Part shown: one piece after another, positions 54,988 to 64,000 of the stretch
Position numbering within the stretch: the stretch's first letter is position 1
How the letters are laid out: the number at the start of each line of letters is the position of its first letter
Assembly: GCA_963977415.1 (NCBI GenBank)
Contig: CAXBOS010000007.1
Coordinates: forward strand, 89,851 to 153,850
Reading direction: 5' to 3'
Length of the DNA: 64,000 nucleotides
Origin: an uncultured Schleiferiaceae bacterium
GTDB taxonomy: Bacteria; Bacteroidota; Bacteroidia; Flavobacteriales; Schleiferiaceae
Program-made: the position numbers and the translations under genes
Notes under the pieces: model-generated
Seen by the model: the letters and a program-made list of their open reading frames with translations, nothing else
The model's database searches: none
What the model was told of the DNA's origin: nothing

Positions 54988-56673
54988 ATGAAACCTACCG
55001 GGCAACTACAATTCAAATTTCAAAAACTTTTAGCTCTGCTGCTAATTGTTATTCCGTCCTTAGTTTTTGGGCAATCTAGCCTAGGCCAACCAGATGTTTG
55101 GTTTTACGAACCAGCACCTTCTTACCATGCGAGTAATTTAAAAAAGCAAGCAATTGATTTAATTGGGAATCACCCAATTTTAAAGCAAGACTCAGTAATA
55201 CGTGCTTTCAATAAAATTCAAGCTTTGCCTGAACGTGGATATAGTATTTTTTTAGTAGTACGTCCGCTTTATCAAAATATTTCAGGGAAAAGCTATGTGC
55301 GATTTAAGGGACTAGAGATTACAGATTCCAAAATAATGTATCGAGGGGCAGGGAGAGAATTTAATCCAGATAAAAACAAACCTTTAATCTTATCTGCTTC
55401 ATTTCCCGCCAGCACGAGAAGAGGAGGTCAATTAGCTAGTCCAACGATTGACACGACTATGTTTAAAGTGTCTGAAATCATCGCCTATAACCGACTTTTC
55501 ACCAAAGAAGAGCTTCGCTTAATGGAGGCTTATCTTTCTTTAAAGTATTCTATACCAACAACCAAGAACGACAATAAAACATTAAGAAGATATCCAACAG
55601 ATAGCGTTAATAGCAGCTATTGGACGCCAAAGCAGGATAAAATATATGATCGCGAAGTTATTGCTCTAGGTAATTTCAGCTTCTCTGGCATTCAGCAAAG
55701 TCAGACCATAGCATATCACGACGATTCTTTAATAGTTGCGCTTGACACCATTGTTCCCTTTGGTCAAATGCCACAGCAATATTTACAAGAAAGAGCTTTT
55801 ATGATTCTTTCAAAACGGATAGATCAAAGCATTGTATATGATTGTGAGCTACATCTAAACCAGCAGTTTCCCATTACGGCTTGGCGAATGCGGACCAAAA
55901 ATTTTCATGGCACAGCTGATAGTTTAAGACTTTATTATCCCAATCATCAAGCTTCTTCCTTTACTGATACTTTAATTTTAACGGATGGATTAGACACCAT
56001 TAACTTAAAAGTAGAGCAATTAGGCTCTGACTTAAAAATCGCTTTGGCGCTTGCCAATATTTTACCAAATCGACTCTATCGCTTTCGCGTAAAAAGTAAT
56101 CTTTGTGATGACACCGCAAGTATTGGCTTAAGCCCTTTAGAACCAGGATTAATGGCACTAAATGTAGATCCATTTTTACTTCCTCTACAGGTAAAAGTAA
56201 ATGCCGTCGATGGATCAATGCAAGTAGATACACTAATGTATGAAACACCGCTCTTGATAAGGCCGGGGTCAGAACAGTATGCTATTTGGGTGGAAAATGA
56301 AAATGGTGATTTGCAAAGCGAATTTCTAATTGCGGGTTCAGACACAAGTCAACAGGATATTCAGTTTGTAGAATCAGGCAAGCTATCTAAGGAGGAATTA
56401 GCTTCCTTTCAGCAACGAGTATTGGTCTATCCCAACCCAGGCTTTACAGGTGAGGAAGCCTTTTTTGAATTCCATCGCTTTTCTATTGATGAACCAATTA
56501 AGGTAAGTGTATTCGACCCCCAAGGTAAGCTGATACACCAAGAGGAACTTAAGGTGATCACCCCACAGCATAAATGGTCCTACACCTTAGGGCTGCCAGG
56601 TTACTACAGCTTTGTTTTTAGTAACGCCTCAAAAACCTTTACCAAAAAACTAACCGTTCAAAAACGCTTCTAG
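54988..56673 (+). CDS. Secreted protein with T9SS type A C-terminal sorting domain
   Basis: It has a signal peptide (LLALLLIVIPSLVFGQ). The C-terminal LVYPNPGFTGEEAFFEF...KVSVFDPQGKLIH...KLTVQKRF is typical of a Por CTD. Confidence 0.7.
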   Translation: MKPTGQLQFKFQKLLALLLIVIPSLVFGQSSLGQPDVWFYEPAPSYHASNLKKQAIDLIGNHPILKQDSVIRAFNKIQALPERGYSIFLVVRPLYQNISGKSYVRFKGLEITDSKIMYRGAGREFNPDKNKPLILSASFPASTRRGGQLASPTIDTTMFKVSEIIAYNRLFTKEELRLMEAYLSLKYSIPTTKNDNKTLRRYPTDSVNSSYWTPKQDKIYDREVIALGNFSFSGIQQSQTIAYHDDSLIVALDTIVPFGQMPQQYLQERAFMILSKRIDQSIVYDCELHLNQQFPITAWRMRTKNFHGTADSLRLYYPNHQASSFTDTLILTDGLDTINLKVEQLGSDLKIALALANILPNRLYRFRVKSNLCDDTASIGLSPLEPGLMALNVDPFLLPLQVKVNAVDGSMQVDTLMYETPLLIRPGSEQYAIWVENENGDLQSEFLIAGSDTSQQDIQFVESGKLSKEELASFQQRVLVYPNPGFTGEEAFFEFHRFSIDEPIKVSVFDPQGKLIHQEELKVITPQHKWSYTLGLPGYYSFVFSNASKTFTKKLTVQKRF

Positions 56674-56678
56674 ATTTT

Positions 56679-59600
56679 ATGAAAACTGATCACATAACTC
56701 GTTTTGCATCCTTGCTCCTGGTTTTTTTCTTTTTGTCTAATGACCTAGTAGCAAGTGCACGTGCATTAGCCAATTGGAAGCATTTGCAAATCGGCACCTC
56801 TGCTAAAGAAGTTCTATCACCCAAATATCCAAGCTTAATAAATGCTCCTGCGGTTCACGAGAATGAAGCTGAAGCAGGAGAAAGTCCCACTAAAACAAGT
56901 GTAGCATTAAAACCAACACTTGACAAAAACACCATAGAGTTCCCTGCTATTGAGGCCACAGCACATTTGGGGATGGAGGTAAATATGCCATTAAATGATC
57001 CAAGAGATGATATATTCAATTTTCAATTGCCAGAAGACTTGGATTTCAATAATTGGACTTCAGCCTATTTGATTTACGAAGTAAAAGGATTGAAGGATGG
57101 TAAAGGTCTTGCAAAAAGCTTAAACTCCAATGAAACTTTTGGAACCAGAAATTTGGAGAAGTCCGAAACTTGGCATACCGTCCTAGAAAAAGTTAGCCCT
57201 CAAGACCTAAAAGTTGGGTTAAACTATTTAAGGTTTACCATGCCTAGCGCTACTGGAATTAGTGCAGAAGTGAAAAATGTAAAGATTCGACTTTCGGCCC
57301 TTCCTGACAATGAAATACAAAGCCCTAGACTGGAAAGGATTAAAACAACGGATTTAGATTATTTTAAATCTATTCCCGCGCTTGATGAGGGCTATGCCTA
57401 TCAGTTGAGAGAAGTTGAAATGCCCGTTCTACCAGAAGGTCTTATAAATATTACTGGCGGTGCCAAAGCATATCAGCCATCCATGGATGTGGTGAATAGT
57501 GCTGAATTTATTGGTTTTAAAATCAATATGGCTTCTCTTACCTCGCAAAGAAGTTTGAGTGAATTACAAGTCTTTTATTTTGATTATCAAAGGAAAGCTT
57601 GGCAAGGGGTAGAAATTGATTCGATTGATACCCATGGTGAAATTGCTTTTGTCCCCAATAAAGGACAAACCCAATATTTTGGGGCTTTATTAAAGTCGCC
57701 TGAAATGCCTGAGGCTAGTGCTTTTGCACCAACTATGATACAGGGCATTGAAGCAGCTAACCCTGCAGAAGGCATGAATATTATGCAACCTCCCAGTATT
57801 AGCAGAAAGGGAGAAGCAAATATTACTTACCCGCTTGATATACCATCAGGTAGAAAAGGAATGCAGCCAAATCTAGCTTTATCTTATAATTCAGATGGTG
57901 GAAGTTCTTGGGCAGGCTATGGTTGGGACATCTCAATTTCAAGTATTTCTGTGGATACAAAATGGGGTGCACCAGTATTTAAGTCGTCTGAGCAGTCTGA
58001 AATGTATATCATGGATGGGAATCCATTAATTGAAGAAGGTGGTGAAAGGGCTAATCGAAGCGTTTCAGCTAGAAAAGTTACTGGAACTACTTATTTTTTC
58101 ACCAAGAGAGCAACCACTTTCAATAAAGTTGTACGAAAAGGGACGGATCCGACAAATTATTATTGGGAAGTCACTAATGCAGAGGGTGTTAAATTCATCT
58201 ATGGCAAGTATAGCCAGAGCTACACTTTCGACAAGGGCGAGGGTAGCAGGCCTCTTAAAAACCATGAGCCTTTATTAAGAGATGCTGACAGTAACATTGT
58301 AAAATGGGGTTTAACAGAAGTTTTAGATGTTGATGGAAATAATGTTGTTTACTCCTATTCAAAACAATATATCATCAACCCAAATACAGTACAAACACCT
58401 GCTTTATTAGCCTATAGCTGGTACCCTAATAGTATTTTTTATACGGGTTCGGGTAATCGCCTAGGCCATTATATGATAGATTTTGAAGCCGATATTGAAA
58501 GAGTTGATGCTAGACTAAGTGGCAGATATGGCATTAAGGTCTTGGATCATAAACTTCTTAAGAATGTTAAGGTTAGATTTAAAGAAGAAGGATCTGCCAC
58601 CTATAGCACTATTTTAAAGTCCTATGGCCTGACACATACAAATGAACAAGAGGGGAATTTATGGCAATGGAAGTCAATGCTGTTAGAGTTGAAAGAATTT
58701 AGGGGTACTAATTTGCAGCTCTTTACAACCCATGAAATGGAATACTACCCTTCAGATGTGACTTTTACTGCTCCAACAGAAAAAACAGAGATTGAAGTTA
58801 ATTCATTGAACAATAGTTTCTTAGGTTCTGTGGCATTAGATGCAGTTGCAAGAATGCCCACTACCGCGTCCCTTGGAAGGATTTTCGCACCATCTCCTTT
58901 AGGCTCGAAAAATACTTCTACACATTCTTTCCATGCAAATCCTGGAATTGGCATTGTGCCAGGTGTATATGTAACTCCGGACAAGAATTTTACTTTTAGT
59001 GTAAAAGTAGGCGGCTCAAATAGCACAACTAACGTTCAAACTTCTTGGCAAGATGTAGATGCTGATGGATTACCTGATTTAATTACGAAAGAAAGAAGGC
59101 AAGGCAAGGATAAACTTTACTATCAACCCTTGCGGTCAAATTCAAATATGTATTTCTTAGGTAGTAGAAGAACTATCAATACATCCGAAATATCAAGTAC
59201 TCACAGGGCTGATTTCAACATTGGCTTTGAATCCTTAGTGAACTTATACGCCTTTCAAGCTTCTTACGGATTAAATTGGAATGATCATAGTACTTATACT
59301 GATAGTTACTTGATAGATTACAATGCTGATGGAGTATTGGATTTAGTAAAAAAGAGCATAGGAAATAAGACTTTCGTTCATTTTGGATCATTAGATGAAC
59401 TTGGTAATTTGAGTTTCGAAATCGGTAGTGGAAATAGTTTGAGTCCTACTTTACAAGTTGGTCCTAGGCCGCTTATCACTGATGATCCAGTAGATGCCAA
59501 AATGGGCTCTGAAATAGTTCGAATTTGGGAGGCACCAGAAAGTGGAATTATAGACATAACAGGACAAGCGAATCTTACAAATGATGCTGACGGTGAGGTT

Positions 59601-62600
59601 GAGATAGCAATTCAATATAACAATACCTATCTAACTGGTGGATTCTCGACTATAAATTCAACCAACCCAACATCAGCAAGCTACCCCAATCTTGCAGTTA
59701 CTAAAGGAGATAAAATTATGTTTCGTGTTCGGTCAGGCCTAGATAGTTATGAAGACTTAATTGAATGGGATCCTAGGATTTTTTACACTTCTAGCGCCAA
59801 TTTAATTGAACAATTAGATGGCGCAGGTAATGAATTGCTTAATACATCGGCATCAGATGGGTTTCTTCTTTCAGGTGGCGAGGCTATAGTTGTAAAAGGC
59901 GACAATAGTGTAAAAATTGATTGGCCTTCAATTGCACTAGATGGGTTTAGTGATGATATTCAGTTTAGAATCAGAATTGAAGCTTACGATCGGCTTAACA
60001 CAAGCGATACAACAGCAATTTTTCGAGAAACTTATGTCAACTCGGTAAATACTCTACAAGGGTCTAAAGTGATTTCAGCTAGTCCATCCGATTTTAGCGG
60101 GTTAAATCTTAATTCGAATATCTTAAACCAATTAGGGCAACAATTTGTACCTTTTGAGTTCTTAGATTCTTATGATGAAACTCAACTTCAGGGCATAACT
60201 ATTAATTTACGTTTTGGCATTTTTTCAACATCCAACGTAAAATGGAATGATGTAAATTTGGATTGGAGGCCAGAAGTAACAATAACTAGTGAAGGCTGCG
60301 GCTTAGGAGAAAGTCAAGTTTTTTACCCAACAATTAATTACCAGACCTACAATCATTTTGTTGAAACAATGGAGCCCGAAAGCTTCAATGGATTTGCAGG
60401 ATTACATCGAGTTTGGCCTACTTTTCCGTCTCAGGGTATTATTGCAAGTGCTTTTTCTAACATTGGCAATCAAAGCCTTTCAGCCTTTCTCACAGTAAAA
60501 TCAAATGAAACTTTGGTTACTAAAGCCAAAGTAGTGTTTAAACAAAATGGGCTTGTTGATGTCTTCAGCACAAATAGCGGGGGAGAAAGCATAAATCAAA
60601 TTTTTTCTTCAACTGCCTTACAAGATTATTTTTCTTTTTTGCCTGAAGAACTTTTAAACACCGAAGAAGTTTATCTCGAGTGGTTTAGTAGTTCGGAAAT
60701 TCTTGTTCCACTTTTGCAAGCAACAAGGCTAAATTTAATTAGTATTGCTTCTGGCTCTGTTGTGAAAGGGAATTTAAATGATCAGATTTTTAACCGAAAG
60801 AAGAGTCTTCTAAATGATCATTGGTTGCACTGGGGAAGGTTTATGTGGAACGACCTGGACATGCAAACCAACAATCCAATAGACCCGCTTGATCTTAAAT
60901 TACAAACAGAGTCTATTGCCTTAGCAAATGATTTAAGTGAATTAGAAGATCCCACTGAATCGAGCGACATTTCAAGTTTATTTAATACTCAAAATGAGCC
61001 TGAAATTAAATTCTTACCCCTTATTGCAGTCAGAGGAGAGCTTTCCACTTCAATTCGAAACTACATCAAAACAAATGTCAATGTCACATCTAATGGCGCT
61101 AAGTCATTAGACAGATTTTCTGCATTAAATTCGCACTCAGCTGAATACAGAGTTACAGGAATCGTGGCCCCTTGGCATTTAGTTGAGCCAGATCTCGAAA
61201 TCACCCCGAGTTCAAATAGTCCAATTCTGCCTGATATGGTTCCAGCAATGAGAAATAAAACCACCTCATACACTCTTGCAGATAATTTCTACGCTGGAGT
61301 AAATGGCCTAGGTGAAAACGGCAATTTCGGGGTCTCGCGTCATATAGATGACGCGGGCTTTTTCAATACTTCCGAAACCTTTATGAAAGACTTTAATGGT
61401 GATGGACATCCTGATATTTGGCAGAGCGACGATGTTGCAATCGTCTTTTCTGATTCTCGAGGAGGCTATCAAAATGGATTAGTGCCAATTTCTCAAGGAC
61501 CTAAAACTGATAGTAGAAATTTATTTTCGGCCTCGGTTGGTCTAGGGGCAACAATAAATATGCACCCTACAGTTATCAATTTTGATGATGAGCAAGATTC
61601 ATCCCCTCTAATTAATGGCCAAATCAATAAAGGTATGAGCATTTCGAAGTCGATTGGTCAAACCACCGTTGATATGCAATGGGTTGACATCAATGGTGAT
61701 GGGCTTCCTGACCGTATCGTTGAAAACACAAATTACTCAAATGGGAATATTTTAGTTCGATATAATATTGGCACATCACTCGCTGCGGGAGAAGCTCTTA
61801 TCCAAACCTATAGGAATACACTGGAACAAAATGCAAGTACAAGTTTAAGTTTCCCAACCAATTTTAAGGCTAATAAGCTCACTAACGTAACGGTTAATGC
61901 TTTAGACAGTGAAAAAACTACTGAACTGCCGATGGATGGAAGCTTCAATTTCGGCGTAGGTATTAATCGAACTAGCTCCCATGCTGAGTCTTTTTTTATA
62001 GATATAAATGGAGATGGCTTGGTTGATAGGGTTATTGAGAAAAATTTAGTTAAGGGGTATGACATTTTTCTAAATAAGGGGTTAGAGTTTTCCAATGACC
62101 CTATTACTCTTTCTGTCGTTCCTGACTATTTTAATAGTACCAACTCGGTTGCATTAAATATCGGTGGAGCGGCAACTGTAGGCATTCCGCTAGCAACAAT
62201 TTTATTGACGACTTTAAAGGGAACAATAGGTGGAGGTTATACTTACGCCTACTCGTCAGATCTTTCAAGCAGTTCATTTTCAGATGTTAATGGCGATGGT
62301 TATATTGACTTTTTAAAGACGGACTTTAATGAGGATTTAGAAGTGTACATTAATAAAAACGGAAAATCCCTCAAATTAAAAAAAATAATCAATCCTTTAG
62401 GAGGTGCTTTTGCGATAGATTACGATTTCATAGGCCATAAAAATGGTTATTACGCAGCTGAAGTTAAAGCGCCTGCAGGTTTTGGCATGGATAGCGAAGA
62501 AGTTCTTTGGGATATGCCACAGAGTAAATGGGTAATGTCTAAATTAGAAATTTTCGATGGCTATGATCTAGTTGAAAACGGCAATGATCTCGATGGTAAT

Positions 62601-64000
62601 GATTGCCAAAAATATACCTATCATTACGATGCAGGCATATACAGTAGAAGAGAGAGAGAGTTTTTAGGGTTTACTAGAACCGAAAAGCGAACTGAGGCTC
62701 TTAGAATACCTTTTAAAGATATTAACTCATTAAAAGATATAAGAGACCCTAGTTTTGATCCAAACTGCTACTATCTTGATAATAACGAAACATATGCCGA
62801 AAGGTATTACTCTGAATTAGCTTTCTACGAAAGCTTATATGAAAGGGATTTTAATAGTAGGAAGATTTTTGAATATAAAAACGGTGTTCTCCTAGAGAAA
62901 GCTAAGACATTGAACTATTCCGTTCATCAAAGCTGGAAACTAGATATTGGTTCATCATGCTCAAGCACTCTTCATCCCATAACACAAATTGATAGGTCAA
63001 CTCACTTAATACATCGTGAAGAACTCAGATACAACTATTATTCTGTAAGTCAAAGTGCTTCCACAGCCGGCGAAATTGAGCGTGACGTTAATGACGACTT
63101 ACTTCTGGTAGACTTTTCAAATATCAGTGAACTAGCATCCGTTTTCCCAGCGGTCAAAAAATCTTTAAATTACTTTTATCCAGAAATTGATACCTCCGAG
63201 GCGTTTCACAATACTTCACAGAATCCTCAGGCTGGATTGTTTCTTCAAGCTAAGGTAAATAGTATCACTAAATACGATAGATATTTCAATATTCTGCAGT
63301 CCACAATTGGGGCTGCTAACACTGACAATCAGTTTGTCTTGAGTTTAAAGAAAACCGTCAACTATAATAAGGTTGTCGAGTTTCCATCAACAGTTAATGT
63401 GAAATTTTCTGGCGCTCCACTGCAGTTTTTAATTACAAACCCCCATGGATCTTCCACATTAATACCAGGAATAAAAAATGATTTTGAAGTTTATGAACTC
63501 GATGGTCCTCCCGGGTTTGATAACGATACTTTATTTTTACCACTAAGCCTTCTTGAAACTTCAGATTGTGGCATCAGTCCTGAACTAGATGAGCTTGGGG
63601 TTGATGTACCAATTACCTTTAGAAAGGTCGATAGGAAAGAAATTAAAATTTATGAGGCAAATCTTAGTAAGCCAGTAGATGTCGATCTTATAGCCGATAT
63701 GAATTATCACGCACCCGTCATAGCTAGTGGTAAGACGGCTGTTTTGTCTGATCATGAAATTAGAATGAATAGTAGTACCAACCCACCTGTTCGTAAAACT
63801 ACGTCAACCATTACTCCTAAGGGGCACTTAAAAAACATAGTGAACCATCTAGTTAGTTCATCATTGACTGCTACAACGTCCTTGCTTTACAATATATACG
63901 GCCAAGTCGTAAAGGTTACAGGACCGTCAAATTATTGGAATCAGAGAATGGAAATTGATTATAACTATGATTCATATTTGAACCAGAATATTATTAACAT
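56679..64000 (+). CDS. Tc-toxin BC-like giant protein (SpvB N-domain, FG-GAP/VCBS repeats, TcdB-mid-like region, RHS/YD repeats); 3' end outside window
   Basis: I translated segments of this frame manually (56679 to about 58380, and 63900 to the window end) and found no stop. The ORF track lists no competing large ORF across 56679-64000, and the gene is absent from the track because it has no stop in the window. It has a signal peptide. The SpvB motif is LDIPSGRKGMQPNLALSYNSDGGSSWAGYGWDISISSISVDTKWGAPVF (from 57834). Six D-x-(D/N)-x-DG-x-x-D repeats are present (for example VDADGLPDLI, DINGDGLPDRIV). The TcdB-mid motif YHYDAGIYSRREREFLGFTRTE starts at 62619, and YD-type repeats reach the edge (IDYNYDSYLNQ). 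Confidence 0.8.
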   Translation, partial: MKTDHITRFASLLLVFFFLSNDLVASARALANWKHLQIGTSAKEVLSPKYPSLINAPAVHENEAEAGESPTKTSVALKPTLDKNTIEFPAIEATAHLGMEVNMPLNDPRDDIFNFQLPEDLDFNNWTSAYLIYEVKGLKDGKGLAKSLNSNETFGTRNLEKSETWHTVLEKVSPQDLKVGLNYLRFTMPSATGISAEVKNVKIRLSALPDNEIQSPRLERIKTTDLDYFKSIPALDEGYAYQLREVEMPVLPEGLINITGGAKAYQPSMDVVNSAEFIGFKINMASLTSQRSLSELQVFYFDYQRKAWQGVEIDSIDTHGEIAFVPNKGQTQYFGALLKSPEMPEASAFAPTMIQGIEAANPAEGMNIMQPPSISRKGEANITYPLDIPSGRKGMQPNLALSYNSDGGSSWAGYGWDISISSISVDTKWGAPVFKSSEQSEMYIMDGNPLIEEGGERANRSVSARKVTGTTYFFTKRATTFNKVVRKGTDPTNYYWEVTNAEGVKFIYGKYSQSYTFDKGEGSRPLKNHEPLLRDADSNIVKWGLTEVLDVDGNNVVYSYSKQYIINPNTVQTPALLAYSWYPNSIFYTGSGNRLGHYMIDFEADIERVDARLSGRYGIKVLDHKLLKNVKVRFKEEGSATYSTILKSYGLTHTNEQEGNLWQWKSMLLELKEFRGTNLQLFTTHEMEYYPSDVTFTAPTEKTEIEVNSLNNSFLGSVALDAVARMPTTASLGRIFAPSPLGSKNTSTHSFHANPGIGIVPGVYVTPDKNFTFSVKVGGSNSTTNVQTSWQDVDADGLPDLITKERRQGKDKLYYQPLRSNSNMYFLGSRRTINTSEISSTHRADFNIGFESLVNLYAFQASYGLNWNDHSTYTDSYLIDYNADGVLDLVKKSIGNKTFVHFGSLDELGNLSFEIGSGNSLSPTLQVGPRPLITDDPVDAKMGSEIVRIWEAPESGIIDITGQANLTNDADGEVEIAIQYNNTYLTGGFSTINSTNPTSASYPNLAVTKGDKIMFRVRSGLDSYEDLIEWDPRIFYTSSANLIEQLDGAGNELLNTSASDGFLLSGGEAIVVKGDNSVKIDWPSIALDGFSDDIQFRIRIEAYDRLNTSDTTAIFRETYVNSVNTLQGSKVISASPSDFSGLNLNSNILNQLGQQFVPFEFLDSYDETQLQGITINLRFGIFSTSNVKWNDVNLDWRPEVTITSEGCGLGESQVFYPTINYQTYNHFVETMEPESFNGFAGLHRVWPTFPSQGIIASAFSNIGNQSLSAFLTVKSNETLVTKAKVVFKQNGLVDVFSTNSGGESINQIFSSTALQDYFSFLPEELLNTEEVYLEWFSSSEILVPLLQATRLNLISIASGSVVKGNLNDQIFNRKKSLLNDHWLHWGRFMWNDLDMQTNNPIDPLDLKLQTESIALANDLSELEDPTESSDISSLFNTQNEPEIKFLPLIAVRGELSTSIRNYIKTNVNVTSNGAKSLDRFSALNSHSAEYRVTGIVAPWHLVEPDLEITPSSNSPILPDMVPAMRNKTTSYTLADNFYAGVNGLGENGNFGVSRHIDDAGFFNTSETFMKDFNGDGHPDIWQSDDVAIVFSDSRGGYQNGLVPISQGPKTDSRNLFSASVGLGATINMHPTVINFDDEQDSSPLINGQINKGMSISKSIGQTTVDMQWVDINGDGLPDRIVENTNYSNGNILVRYNIGTSLAAGEALIQTYRNTLEQNASTSLSFPTNFKANKLTNVTVNALDSEKTTELPMDGSFNFGVGINRTSSHAESFFIDINGDGLVDRVIEKNLVKGYDIFLNKGLEFSNDPITLSVVPDYFNSTNSVALNIGGAATVGIPLATILLTTLKGTIGGGYTYAYSSDLSSSSFSDVNGDGYIDFLKTDFNEDLEVYINKNGKSLKLKKIINPLGGAFAIDYDFIGHKNGYYAAEVKAPAGFGMDSEEVLWDMPQSKWVMSKLEIFDGYDLVENGNDLDGNDCQKYTYHYDAGIYSRREREFLGFTRTEKRTEALRIPFKDINSLKDIRDPSFDPNCYYLDNNETYAERYYSELAFYESLYERDFNSRKIFEYKNGVLLEKAKTLNYSVHQSWKLDIGSSCSSTLHPITQIDRSTHLIHREELRYNYYSVSQSASTAGEIERDVNDDLLLVDFSNISELASVFPAVKKSLNYFYPEIDTSEAFHNTSQNPQAGLFLQAKVNSITKYDRYFNILQSTIGAANTDNQFVLSLKKTVNYNKVVEFPSTVNVKFSGAPLQFLITNPHGSSTLIPGIKNDFEVYELDGPPGFDNDTLFLPLSLLETSDCGISPELDELGVDVPITFRKVDRKEIKIYEANLSKPVDVDLIADMNYHAPVIASGKTAVLSDHEIRMNSSTNPPVRKTTSTITPKGHLKNIVNHLVSSSLTATTSLLYNIYGQVVKVTGPSNYWNQRMEIDYNYDSYLNQNIIN

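Noticed and set aside
57587-62095. Scattered 62-95-aa ORFs in the track (both strands) across the last 7 kb
   Set aside because: All of them lie inside the uninterrupted Tc-like reading frame, which starts at 56679 and contains the coherent SpvB / FG-GAP / TcdB-mid / RHS motifs.

Overview
This 64 kb window comes from a Bacteroidota chromosome that looks Flavobacteriia-like. Supporting signs are the mutY-ssb-gldE-gldD gliding-motility synteny, T9SS C-terminal sorting domains, TAnnTTTG promoter boxes and many overlapping start/stop codons. I saw no rRNA gene, intact tRNA gene or CRISPR array.

Positions 1-37.9 kb are ordinary core genome:
- outer-membrane receptors and a GH16-like secreted enzyme
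- heme A synthase, HU, a tiny THX-like basic peptide, RNase G, OmpA-family protein, S9 and M16 peptidases
- a LytS/LytTR two-component pair
- a nucleotide-sugar operon (rfbB-galE-uxs-ugd-degT) plus waaA
- a 7TMR-DISM hybrid kinase
- a 1528-aa adhesin with 20 repeats and a type-B T9SS C-terminal domain

At about 37.99 kb there is a 20-nt remnant of a tRNA 3' end on the minus strand, with a terminator beside it. It is followed by a tyrosine integrase, an excisionase-like HTH protein and a DUF3987-type protein. I read this as the left junction of an integrated island of at least about 17 kb.

The island cargo is the most interesting part of the window:
- a translationally coupled type I R-M operon, hsdM-hsdS-X-hsdR, where X is an uncharacterised fusion of a GHKL ATPase and a PD-(D/E)xK nuclease (Shedu-like core), sitting where PrrC sits in the prr locus
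- an orphan RES-domain toxin-like gene
- a 483-aa minimal family-A (Pol I / T7-like) polymerase-like gene carrying motifs A, B and C
- a divergent module of an AAA_24 (Sak4-like) ATPase and a DUF932/DUF3871-like protein

The window ends with a T9SS-sorted protein coupled to a very large SpvB / FG-GAP / TcdB-mid / RHS (Tc-toxin BC-like) gene that runs off the 3' edge. That gene is missing from the ORF track because it has no stop codon in the window.

All functional calls are based on motifs read by eye. No database search was possible.
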